Positions 36,111-48,300 of a DNA stretch of 64,000 bases are shown here, piece by piece. The number at the start of each line of letters is the position of its first letter. The first letter of the stretch is position 1. The notes below the pieces were generated by a model. That model had not been told where the DNA came from and did no database searches. It worked only from the letters and a program-made list of their open reading frames with translations. Made by a program: the position numbers and the translations under genes. The stretch is from Utricularia gibba. Taxonomy: Eukaryota; Plantae; Magnoliophyta. The DNA lies in assembly GCA_002189035.1 (NCBI GenBank), contig NEEC01000029.1:124001-188000 (forward strand), read 5' to 3'.

Positions 36111-37177
36111 TCAGTCTTCCTTTGAAGGGGGCTCTAAACCAGCAGATGAACTGTCAACGTAGTATTCTTGATGCTTGACGTTCACGCCGTACTGAAGTTT
36201 TTGATATGCGAAAAATAAAAGGAGCAATGGGGTGACTCAAGAAGCAAAAGGAATTGCAGCAAACATCAGATTCCTGCAAATCATCAAAGAAGGGTTACCT
36301 CACGCAAGGCCTTGGAGAGATCTTCCATAGTTAGGATTAGGCGTTTATCCTGTGATGTGTCAAATGTCAAAAGGCCACTGAGAATCTTAAAGTGTTAGGA
36401 GAAGCTTTACCTTCTGTTGTCTATCTCTTTTGTCCCTAACTACAGCCGATTGCCTGGCCTTACAATGTCTGAAAGGAAATGCCAATAGTTGTCATCCTCA
36501 AAGCAGACAAAAAGACTAGTTCTGTAACCAGAATTTCATTATTTACACAGGAATTTATGAATTTCAACACGTTATCAACGGAAATACGGTTACAAAAAGA
36601 AGACCCATAGCAGCGGTGGTGGAAACATACTGAAGAGCATCAGTTGCTACATCTGCGATAAATTTCTGAGTGGCGACGGCCACCAGTCTAGTCCTGAGAA
36701 AACAGTGGAAATAATGTAAGAAGCCAAAAGCGAGATATCAATAAGCCATAGTATCACGATTCCGACTTTTCAATGGAAGCGGAAAAACAGCTTCTTTCGC
36801 AGCCCTTGCCTCCTCAAGAAACGCCCTTTTTCACGAAATTAAGATTATGCTACCGCTAAACCATGTACATATTCGGATTGAAACAGTCCTCCAATAAGAT
36901 TACAAAAGAAAAAAAAAAAAACTAGGGCATCGAGTACCTACAATCGAACATCAGGGGACTGAAATCCGCTCTTTGCTAGGTAATGCTCCACAAGTTCATC
37001 TGGAATCTGCAAAATCACCCAATTAGCTGCCGGCAAACTCCGATCCAGGTAACGAGTAAATTCGCGGTAACATACTGTGGGAGAATAGTCCAACAACGAT
37101 GAAAGAAACTCTGTAAGTGCAGCATCATCGTCGTGGCGACCGGCCTTCTGTTGCTGCTGGCTTGTTTGACCATTCAT
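36111..37177 (-). CDS. TAF10: Transcription initiation factor TFIID subunit 10
   Basis: Six exons: GRHDDDAALTEFLSSLLDYSPT / IPDELVEHYLAKSGFQSPDVRL / TRLVAVATQKFIADVATDALQ / HCKARQ / DKRLILTMEDLSKALRE / YGVNVKHQEYY...ED*. Confidence 0.95.
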
Positions 37178-37798
37178 CTTTCGCCTTCTCTAGCTCAAAA
37201 TTAGCGGCAGCGCCAGCCGTGCGTAAAATCGGTGGCGTCCGAAATTGGTACAACGCGCGATCAACAGCGAATTTGAGTCGCTCGCTTCCTTTTTTTAATT
37301 TTAATAAGAGAGGAGAGGGTTTACCTTATAAGAATTTGGGGTTTAGGGTTTACATTATATCTTAAAATCATAAAACCCTAAACCTATGTGCATGTTCTGA
37401 CTTCCACTCTGTATTGGAGTTTATTGCACTCACTGATAAAATATAATTATCTCTCTCGCATATCATTCATATAATACAAAAAAATAAGTGTATGAATTAT
37501 ATTAAACAATTAATGATATATGTATAAACTTAAATATAAATCTTTTAAACCATACTATCAAACATTCTATTAAATTCAAACTTCAAACTTGGGTAAATCT
37601 GCAGATATGGGAAGATAATAATACAAATATGTTACAAGACAATCGGACAGATTTCATCAACCTGTTGTCGGTGTGCACACTAACTCCTCACACACGCACA
37701 TGTATCACCTGTATTGGTATGGTATGTAACTTTCCAGCAGCTGTTTGTTCATCACATATGTATCTTACAAAGTTAGCAAAAATCTTCAAATCAGTTGA

Positions 37799-40700
37799 TC
37801 AGGAGAGCTGCTTGGGGGCCTCAGTGGCGCCAACAGCTGTGTTAATGAATCCTTGATAGTCACTTGGCAATGGAATGTTGAGCTCCGAGCAAACCAACTG
37901 CATCACCCTGGCAGTGACACTGCCCATGTTCATTTTGTTGAGAGTTACAGCAATGGCGAACCTGTGTTCGATGTCACAGAACCCAGTGGAGCCACCCATG
38001 CCGGAATGTCCGAAGCCTATCAGCTTCCCATCTTGCGAGAGATTCCTCTTGAACCCAAGCCCCCATCTCCCACTCGGTTGCACCAGGTGCTCATACTCCC
38101 CGGAGCCACAGAATGCATCATGAATCTTGCTGTTTTGGAAGAGCTTGCCACCTGGTGCTGAGTTGCTGCTTCTTCTCATGTTTGCATCATCATCAGGGAC
38201 ACTGGTGTAGTCTGTGCAGCTGCTTAAGGGAGTGTGCCGTTTCTTGTTTGACTTCTCAGTTTCAAAAGTGGGAGTATGCAGGTGGCTTCCCAATGGGGGT
38301 TGGGTGGGAGAAGAATGTGGTGGTGGAATAGAGCCACCGTCCACAAGAGCTGCATAGTAGCGTGCAAGAGCCCTTGCAGAGCAATGCGCATTAGCAGCAG
38401 GAACAATGGATCGGCGGGCAAGAAGTGTGTTAAATGTTGTTGGAAGAGTTGCCACCAAGTTAGACACATCTTGTAACTGTTCCCTGAAGCTTGATGGCAC
38501 GTCTGGCCGATTAAGGATGACAGAGAGGGATTTTACATCCTCGACATCGACGGTCAGGGTTGCGAGCCTGGACTCCACACCTGTGGGAGGGGGAAGGCAA
38601 GCCAAATTCATTACTCGCTGGCCAATGAAGAGGATAAGAGTTGCATAAAGAGAACGAAACCATGCCTGGAGGGATTCCAATGTACAACTCGCCATCAATA
38701 TTGAGTGGGCGAACAAGTGCTTCTTCCAGAACTTCCTGAAACCTTCTCCCGGAGGCATGCTGCACATTAGGAATGGCATCAGTTGTATATTCTAGGTTGG
38801 GCTAACAACCATTTATTTGTAAGACCCATGAAGTGCAATACCTCGATAATTCCACCACACAACCAGCCAAACGATAAATAGTGGTAAATCTGCTGAGTGC
38901 CTGGATCAGTCTCTGGGGATGCGTTTGCCGTACACTTTAGACATTCCTTCCAGTCAGTCATCACGAGAGGGTTCTCTCGTGTAACACTTGCCATGGCATT
39001 ATGCAAACCGGAGGTGTGGTTGAGCACATGATGAACCTAGAGCAACATGACGAGTATGTAATGAACCATAACAAACCATGAAAATATGATAGCAATAACA
39101 GTAAGGCACAGCCAAAGCTATTATCAGTACATTATGATAAAACCTATCATAAAATGATGAGATGCAACACAGATACTACAAACCAACAAAATATCAACAA
39201 CTTAACTTGTTTTAAAACAACACTATAATATCATGATTCTCTGCAAGGATGCACTGATGATTTACCTTGATTTGATCTTTGCCATGGCACCCAAATCCTG
39301 GCCATATGTTTTCAACTCTATCATCCAGCTTCAACGTGCTGCTACCATGAAGGCTAGATGGTTAAAATTGAATTTCAACATTTCAAATCAACAAAAGCAT
39401 GGCATGTTCTTGCAACAAATGTTAGAGGAAAGCTTTAAAAAAAATTTAAGATACAGATATAAGATTTAAGATTTTTGTCTACCCTAGATCCACCAGCCAA
39501 TGAACCATCCCAGAGGTAATTCCTTTGGTCACAGAAAAGACAGGGAATAAGCTATCTGGCTGAACTGGTCTAGGATCATATCTTCCAAGAACCCCAGCCG
39601 CAGTATCAATGATGACCTGACCATCTTTATATGCACAAACCTTTGCAAGCACAAAAAAAGGGGTTCAACTTCATCAATTCTTGTAAGCAAGTGGGGCAAA
39701 ATTTTCATGCGTCCAAGAAGAGAATGGCATATACCTGGATTCCGAGGACTTTCTCAGCATCCCCAAGCTCAATTAAGAGCTTCCTCAACTTCTCTTCAAC
39801 AACGGAAATAACTGGAGTGTCATGCATCCAGTCTGAGTTGAGTGCTGGTCCTCTGTTCAAATTGCTGCAACAAAGTATCAAAAAGTAGATGATGGAAAAG
39901 ATCACATTCATATACAGGTTCAAATCGTAGTTTAAATCATACCATTTCAGAACAGACTCAGCAAATGGTCTCATGATATCAACATACACAATTCGTGCAC
40001 CCATTGTAGCCGAAAGGCCTGCAATCCACGTATAAGAGTAAAATCCATGATCTAAAAACAAAACTGCACGGTCTAATTACCTCTGAGAAGATTTATAACT
40101 CTTCCAAATATGATTATGTCACCAGGAAAGGCATCCACCTGAAGAAAATATTTAGCCCAAAACTTGAGAAAAGGGGTAAACAAATGGAGTAATTGGGCAT
40201 CTATTGACTTACAGGATTGAAACGTTTGACTTCTTTTTCATTGAGGCTCATCTTCTCTTGGATTACCTTCATGTTTCTATTTCTTTGCTCAGCTAAAACT
40301 TTCATATTTTGCTAAAAAATTAGTGCAATTGATTCAGTGCTAATGAAACAATGAAGATTAGTTTGGCAAACAAAATGCTACTCACACGAGCCTCATCTGA
40401 TGCAGTTGAACTGCGGAAGAACAAGCTAGCTACTTCCATTACTTGATCAGGAATGTCCAACCGCAGCTTAAGTCCCATTTCAGCGAAGGATGATAAAAGT
40501 GCCACATGATCACCCTATAAAAAGATATATGTAAGTTTTCCAGGAAAAAAAAAAGGCATACGGGGAATATTTCAAACTTTCTGTATCTTGAAAATTGAAC
40601 AGGCTTACAATTGATAACTGTAAGTAAATTGATACAAACCTCAGCAGATGCTAAAAACATTTTTGCCAATGCTTGCTTCATAGGGAATGATAAGCACTTT

Positions 40701-42543
40701 GTAAGGCCAAAATCAAGCAAAATGGGGCGGTGAGGAGAAGCCTTGCTTACAAGAAAGTTTCCTGATGAAGACCAGTTGGTATATTGTAATCATAAATAGA
40801 ATCGTAATGAGCATATGGTGTGAATTATACAATACCCGCAAGAATAAACAGCACAAATACATGGCCCCATAAGGAATCAGAACATCAATTAGCATGCAGT
40901 GAACTAGAGTATGAAAAGATAGGATACCAGGATGAGGGTCACCATTGAAGAACCCATCGACATATATTTGGTGTGCATAGGCTCGTGTGATTTCCTCAAC
41001 AAGTTTTTGCTTGTCAATGCCCAGTGCTTCAAGAGAGTCGGTGTCATTTAGTCTCACTCCATCCATATACTCTAAGATTAGCACTTTCTCCGTTGACTGC
41101 ATATTGCATTACAAAAACATAAGTGGCCAACAAAGATACTGCAGTTCACAAGTTTCCCTAAAGGGAAGAGCAGTAGGAAATGTATTCAAAAAGATAAATT
41201 AGTACAAAGAGAATTCCATCCAAACACGCCTCACAAAATCTATCCTTTAACTAAAAAACGATCAGAAAATTGAGTGGCATAATGTACATTGACAATCTAA
41301 GAAGGGCATTAAAGGGATCTGGTATCAGAAAGGGAAGTACCATTATAATATCAGGAATCAAGACGTCAACCCCATATATCTTGGAGTCATCACGATTTCT
41401 TTTGCAGCCAAGGTTCTCAGAAACAGTTCGAGTGTTTTCTACAAAAAAAAACACCAACAGATACATACAGTATAAGAGAGGAAGCATAAAAGGAGGTGGG
41501 GATAGCTGGCCCATTGAGAAAGATGGCCTACCAGCTTCGTGGTTAAAATCGAGTTCCTTGGGTGCTTCTTTGCACCACTCATCTATCATTGCATTAAAAT
41601 CATATTGTGGCTCAGCCCATGCAATCCAGTCAACTATAGACTTCGCATTCTTCAAATCCTGGGGTGCAGTTAAGAAAACATGTGTTATGCTGTGTGGAAA
41701 AGAAGAATTATAAACCTATCATACGATCCACTAGAATCCAAAATAACCTCCAGTATGACTTCTTTAATGCCCTCGTGTTGAACTTTAACAACAACTTCCT
41801 GGCCATCAATCAAAGTAGCCCTATGAACTTGCGCAATCTGAGTAAACATGAAATACAAAAGTTAGGTAACTAGAACTTCTGTTAGCTGATTCTCAGAAGT
41901 TCAAGGAGGCTTCCGCTTTCCCCATAGACCTCCAATAATCAAGCATTCAGTTTTACAATGGCTATAGGATAAAGATCTCACAGATGCAGTAGCCAGAGGT
42001 ATTTTATCAAAGTAAGTAAAAAGATCTTCCATCGTTTTCCCTAACTCTCTGCTGATAGTCTTGCAAACCTGACGAGAGGGAAATTCGTTTTTTTAGAGAA
42101 GGTACAAGATACGACCATCATTTACATTCACAATAAACACATAATCTGAAATTGCCTCTTCTAGTGGCCTGGGAGGAAGAGAATCCTGCAGCTGCCGCAG
42201 GTGACGGATATATGCTGTGGGAAGCACGTCAGCACGTGTGGATAGGTACTGTCCCATTTTCACCCACAAGCCTTCAAGCTCTACTATCAAATTGAGAAGA
42301 CGCTTAGCATTACGCTCATGAGCTTTCTCCCAGAGCTCAGCCATCTTGGGTTTCTTTGTAAATTTTTCTCGCTGTTGCAAGGCCTGCATACACAAAATTT
42401 TTAACTGGGAGAATGGAGCTCTACAATACACAATTAAGCCAAGAACAGCAGAGAAAAGACAAAATCACCTTATAATCCATGTAGATAACAACCGCTAAAG
42501 TGAATACTTTCATGCGTCTCTTGTATATGTTTCCCCACCCCAT
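37799..42543 (-). CDS. ABC1K11: ABC1/UbiB atypical kinase with C-terminal beta-lactamase-like domain (At5g24810-type)
   Basis: Starts MGWGNIYKRRMKVF. Kinase motifs: WVKMGQYLSTRAD, ATASIAQVH, VVVKVQH, GFFNGDPHPGN, LDFGLTK. Beta-lactamase motifs: FSVTK (SxxK), LNHTSGLH, YHYLSFGW, FGHSGMGGS. Two GC-AG introns. Confidence 0.92.
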
Positions 42544-43511
42544 TGGAATCAGCTTTCTAGCCAATCTTGTATTTAGAAAATACTGGAGTCATGAAATACG
42601 AGTAGAAACTAATCAGCACTAACAAAATACAAGACTAGTCATATAAAGATAGCATCCGAAACACAATTTATGGTGGAATTGGTTCAGAATCAAAAAGGCA
42701 TGCCAGACATTCTCTTGCAGCAGAAGAAAACCTCAACTCACGCAAAATATTTTCTGCTATACGATAAAATGAATTTCAGCTAGTGCAACGCCCAGAAAAA
42801 AAAAAGGACAACTTTCACAAAATCAAACGAAAATAGTTTTCGCAGCTGAAGCGCGTGACACCCAGAACGACGCTCAACCGTTGGATGCCCATCGATCAAT
42901 TATTCGACGATCAAGCTGAAATACCAAGAAGAAAAACCGCATGCACACCCAAAACCCAAAATTCCATCCCCAAATTGTATACTACGCTCACATTTATACG
43001 TGTACAGAAACCCGTACCCAACAGCCAACACAATCAAAAAGTAAGAGCGATCAGATAAGTAACCTGAAAAAGTGAACGGAGAAAAAGCCGCAACGAATGT
43101 ATTAGAGACAACGGTCGAGAACGGTGGCCAGTCGATTGATGATGCATCAAGATGAGTGTCGTCGTTGGGGGAGGTGGGGGCCGTTACGACGTCGTCTTGA
43201 CGACGTCCTGAGACGAAAACCATAAATCGATTTAAATATTTCGAAAAATGGAGAATTGTGATTGGGTAGAATTTTATTTTGGGATTGACTTCGAAAACCG
43301 TTCAACCCGGCTGCCCATTTGGAATTAAATATCGTCCATCAATTTGGACCATTTTCCTGATCTCCCAAGAAGTAAATATTTTTCAATGTAGCCTTTAGTC
43401 AAATATCGATCAACCGGTTTTCGACTTATAAACCGGGCCGGTTTAAGTCGAGAGCGGTTATTGGTATGATGGAACTCGAGATGTGCATGAAACCAGTATA
43501 TCCTACTCACT

Positions 43512-44288
43512 CTAGCCTTTCGTGGGCATGTCAGCAACATTCTGGCCATAGATTGGTATCCTCTACTGTCACCGGAACGGAGAAGGTTTCCTTTTCCTAA
43601 CAAGAGAATCGAAACCGCAGTTTCAGAATGATCGCTATGCAGCCTGATTGCAGTGTCCAGGCAGGGCTCCATGCATTCTTCAGTATATCAAGGCAGATGC
43701 ATTCTCAGGGTTGGTTACCTTGAAATGTACATTTGGGTGCAATATCTTGGTCAAGAACCTAACTTGAGGAGGCTGCAAGGGGTAATGCTCAGGGACAGCA
43801 AAAGCAAGCTGGAAAACGCCACCCTCGTATGGAGTTTCTGGTGGACCCTGAACCAAAACGCAGCAGCAAGTTGATGGAAGTCCTTTGGAGAGGCATAGCA
43901 GGAAAAGGAATAGTGACAACCACTTAAATGTGCTGGAATCATCACAAACTAGCTGTATATCGGGATCAGCAGATTTCTCTCTTTCAACTTCTTTCTATTC
44001 CTCAAAAAGCCTTGCCCTTGATGCCTAACTCAAATAGCATCATCAAAGTGGCATTTCTTGAAGAAGGGTGTCATATGATTATAGCCACGTTGTCCATGAT
44101 GAGATTCTTCTCCAAAATTGGATTTTGCAATCTGCCATTCAAAACCCGTGAACTAAATCCTTCAGCCTCAATCATAAAGTTACAAGCTGAACCCAAAGAA
44201 CACGTCTTTTCTTCATGAAAGACAAGGATGAACAAACACACTCCAACGCGACTGGGCACAAAATCTTAGTACAAAAAGCTACCTGCAT
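43512..44288 (-). pseudogene. PEX4: PEX4/UBC21 peroxisomal E2 pseudogene
   Basis: MQ|ASRARLFEE*KEVEREK, with TAG at 43997-43995 where Tyr is expected. GPPETPYEGGVFQLAF...HPNVHFK, ICLDILKNAWSPAWTLQS and GNLLRSGD are retained. Splice sites and the ALMAHPEPDSPLNCDS segment are deleted, and there is a frameshift near the C-terminus. Confidence 0.9.
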
Positions 44289-45307
44289 TTCCACAATGCG
44301 GTCAACTAACCAATCATTATCCTTTATCAACAGTAGCACTGCAGCGAAAGGTCGGATTCAGACAGACACACAAATTTGTAAAAGCACCATCTTTTGCAAT
44401 TTCCAAACAGACCGGAGTAACAAATTAAGCAACCCCGTCGATCGAATTCAAGTGTAAGGAAAAAGATTCCCCTATTCGGAATGATTTAGGGCGCGGAGAG
44501 GAATACAGTACCTTGGTGCTCCGATCAATTTCTTCTTCATCGTCAATCAAGTTAAGGAGAAAGTGTTGCCCCAAAGTCTTCATTATCTCATTTTAATCAC
44601 ACGCCGACAGTTTTAAATCGTGATTTTGTGTGAATTGAAATCATAGTTGAATCGTTTAAAATTCAACGACTCAACACATGGGGTATTACGAATCCTGTGA
44701 TGATGAGAGTGCGGTTTAGGTAAGTTTGCAATGACCAAAAGTCTGTAATAAGAAGAATCCTGTAATGATCTTATTTATGATGCAATGCATCCCTTTGAGT
44801 TAGTAATTTGACAAAAAGGGTAAGATTTGATTATTCTTTTTGAAGAAGTAGCTGTTGTTGAAATTTCAGCGCCTACTAACATGGTGTCTGTTGACATGAT
44901 CCGAGATACAGTGGGTATTACGAAGAAAACATTACTTTATCTAGGAGGATTGATGTTTTTCTTTCTGTAAAGTTATGAAGGAGGAGGAATCCTACGAAAA
45001 TTCTTAAAAGAACTTTCAAATTTCAACAGCGCGAGTTGACTGATAGGGATGCAGAAAATCATTCATATCCAACAAAAACCGTCGTTTTGGTGTTCATTAA
45101 CCGGGCCTCTAAAAAGGAAATAGAATAACTCCACCCCCTAGTTTCCCAGAAACCGAAGCACGTATTGCTGCCTACTGTGGAAAAACAGAACAGGGTTGTC
45201 GCTATCTCCCTTCCCACCTGGCTAATAATCACGTTTGCCGAGTGTCAGCACAGCCGCTAGTGATCTTCTTGCTAAACAGTTTCCGGGTTGTAACTTGATG
45301 TTGGAGG

Positions 45308-48300
45308 ATGCTTCAGAGAAATCTGTTTTTAGCATATTGGTGGGTTGTTGTGGTTTGCTGCTTACGGCTATGCAGATTCTGCGAATCCCAGGCTGTGCCA
45401 CAGGAAGAAGGTTAGTTGGGTCGCTTTTTTTGACTTTTTCTTGTGTTCTTTCTTTTGTTGGTTTGTACCCAGAAGAGGGAAATGGTTTGGGATTTTGTTC
45501 TTCCTTTCATCTTGATGGAGCAATATTAGTTTTTTCTAGTTTCTGGGTGAAGAAGAAACTTCTGAGCAGAAATGGCGAAGGATGCTGTCTTGATTGACAA
45601 AGAATTGATTTTGTTACTGCTCGCTGTATTATATTGTTTTGGTGAAACTGTAGTAATGCAATTGATGTTGTTCTGTGCTTAGTTAACGCTCTAAAACAAA
45701 TTGCTGACGAAATGGGTGCAACATACTGGAGGTTCAGAGGACAATCATGTGACCTTCAGATGGTTGGAGTTTCATCAACCGCTCCCCGTGGGGCAGAGAG
45801 TTATATTCAATGTAACTGCACTCTCGGAAACAGAACGGATTGCCATGTTACGGGAATGTATACTTTCTTCCTCTAATGAAAGTTTCTTTTCATTGAGTGT
45901 CATTCAATCCCGGTGCAGTTTATCTGATGATTTTGTATCTATCTGCATTGTCCTGAATGCCATCTTTTTCAGATTATTACATCTTAAGACTCCTAATTGG
46001 TTTTGTGAGCGGGTTTATTGAGTTCAGATTTGGGAAGTATCATGCTTGTGCACTGAGAATTGAGTGAAGAATGTCTCATGGTCCGTATTGTTGCAGTGTG
46101 ATCAAAGGTTATAATCTTCCAGGAGTCCTGCCCCGGAGTATTGTGAATCTTCCATCCCTTCAAACTGTGTAAGTATCCATGTGAGTACAAGCATGAGACC
46201 TAGTTCATATATCTGATGAGACTCTCATCTGTTTTTACTTTTCAGTGATCTTGCCTACAATCTTCTCACGGGTACAATTCCACCAGAATGGTTTTCTACA
46301 CAACTGGTGTACATGTACGTGAAGGGAGCAACATATACCTGTCATTCTTGTTTCTTATGCTGCTAATGTTTCTTCGGTTATTTCTTTGCAGCTCTGTCCT
46401 TGTCAATCGTTTATCAGGACCAATACCAAGGGATTTAGGACGCATGACTAGCCTTACGTACTTGTATGCCATCATGTTTATCATTCCCTGCAGTATCGTA
46501 AAATGATTAATCCTACAGAGAGCTGTTTTAGCCTTCTGTCAACAAAAGTTCTCAATGTCCTATTTGCTGATGTTTTTAAATGATGTTCAGGAACCTTGAG
46601 GCCAACCAATTTTCAGGCAGTGTTCCTCCTGATATTGGCAACCTGATAAACCTGAGAACTCTGTAAGATATAATGTTTTCATGGGAGTGACTTCAATTTC
46701 ATGCGGTCAAGTTGGTATGTGATGCTTATATTTCAACTCAGGATGCTGTCTTCCAACCTGTTAACGGGGGTGTTGCCCGAATCATTATCTAATCTAACAA
46801 ACTTGAATGATTTGTAAGTACATATGCTACCTTGTTTCGGTTTTCTTTTTCTCTTCTTTTTTCTGTTCACGTATTTTGTATCTAACACTTCCAGATTGCA
46901 GTAGGATAAATGACAACAACTTCAGTGGAAGGATACCAGACTTCATTCAAAACTGGAAACAACTTACTAAATTGTAAGCTCTTTAATGTTCACTCGTTCT
47001 AGATGATCATGTTTTAGTTATCATGCTCTTTGTGTACCCAATGAAGGGAAATGTTTGCAAGTGGACTTGAAGGCCCCATTCCCGCAGGAATATCTCAACT
47101 AAATGCGATGATCGACTTGTGAGTGCACAGGATTCTCTTTTCTGTGTTTTACCTTCTTAGAATATGCAGGGAATGTTCAAAAGGACGGGTGTGATACAGG
47201 ATTTCATAGGCTCATTACCCGTGCTGTTTGTCTCTGTGTTACATTAGTTCCTTGGTTTCCCTCTTGTGATTATTTCATTATACAGGAGGATTTCTGATCT
47301 AAAAGGGCCTGGCCAGCGTTTTCCAGATCTATCCAACAGTGCAAACCTAGTCTCACTGTATGCTGACTCATGCTGTATTTTACATTTTCTCTGGTGCTCT
47401 TTTCTTGCTGAGCTTCTAAGGTTCTTTCCTGTCCAGGGTTTTGAGAAACTGCAACATTACTGGTGAAATCCCTGTTAATATTTGGAGGCTTAGAGCTCTT
47501 CAAATACTGTAAGTACTCTACAATATGCTTTTCCTCATCACATCTCTTCATTTTTCCACAAGTTTTTGACTGTTTTTTTTTGTGTGTGTGTGTGTGCGTT
47601 TTTTATGTTGACGGCAGAGACCTGAGTTTCAATAAATTGGTGGGAGAAATTCCAAATGACATTGCCAGGTCTCTGATGCTAGTGTAAGTGTATTGACATT
47701 TTCTTTTTTATTTTCATTATCGTTCTGGGCACATGCTCTATTTCCCTATACAGATCTTTGACTGGCAACATGTTGAGCGGGAAAGTACCTAATGCACTTT
47801 TGAAGGATGGAAGCGACATGTATGTTGTAAATTATCTGGAGATCATGATATGTGTGCTCTTCCCACAAACTACACGATATACCAGCAACCTGCATTGTGC
47901 TTCTTGGCTTATTTCATGCACTACTTATATATTATTTTTCATTTCTTGTTCATGCAGTGATCTTTCCTACAACAACTTTACTATAGAAGGTCCTGATGAG
48001 CCCGCTTGCCAACCAAACGTGTAAGAAAATTAATTAACTTTCACTTGCCATCTGCGATGTATGAATTCTTCTGCTCTTGCAGGAATCAAGTAGTGAACCT
48101 GCTGAAAGCCTCATCGACAACAGACACACTGTAATATACTCTTTTTTTCTTTATTAGCATTCTTTTGGTTTACAAGAATCACTAACATGAGTAGTTTACC
48201 GGCTACTTTATCTTCGACAGGCGACAAGTCAATCCATGTAGTAGAGATGCAGTATGCCCAACATGTAAGTGTTCACAGGATCTAATCTCTCAACACATCT

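Noticed and set aside
5077-37177. BTAF1, TAF10 (and RPAC2) as a transcription-machinery cluster
   Set aside because: They are separated by many unrelated genes, so there is no evidence beyond coincidence.
45235-45597. ORF-track 120-aa ORF as the RLK start
   Set aside because: The signal-peptide exon is in another frame (ATG 45308) and ends at the donor at 45411.
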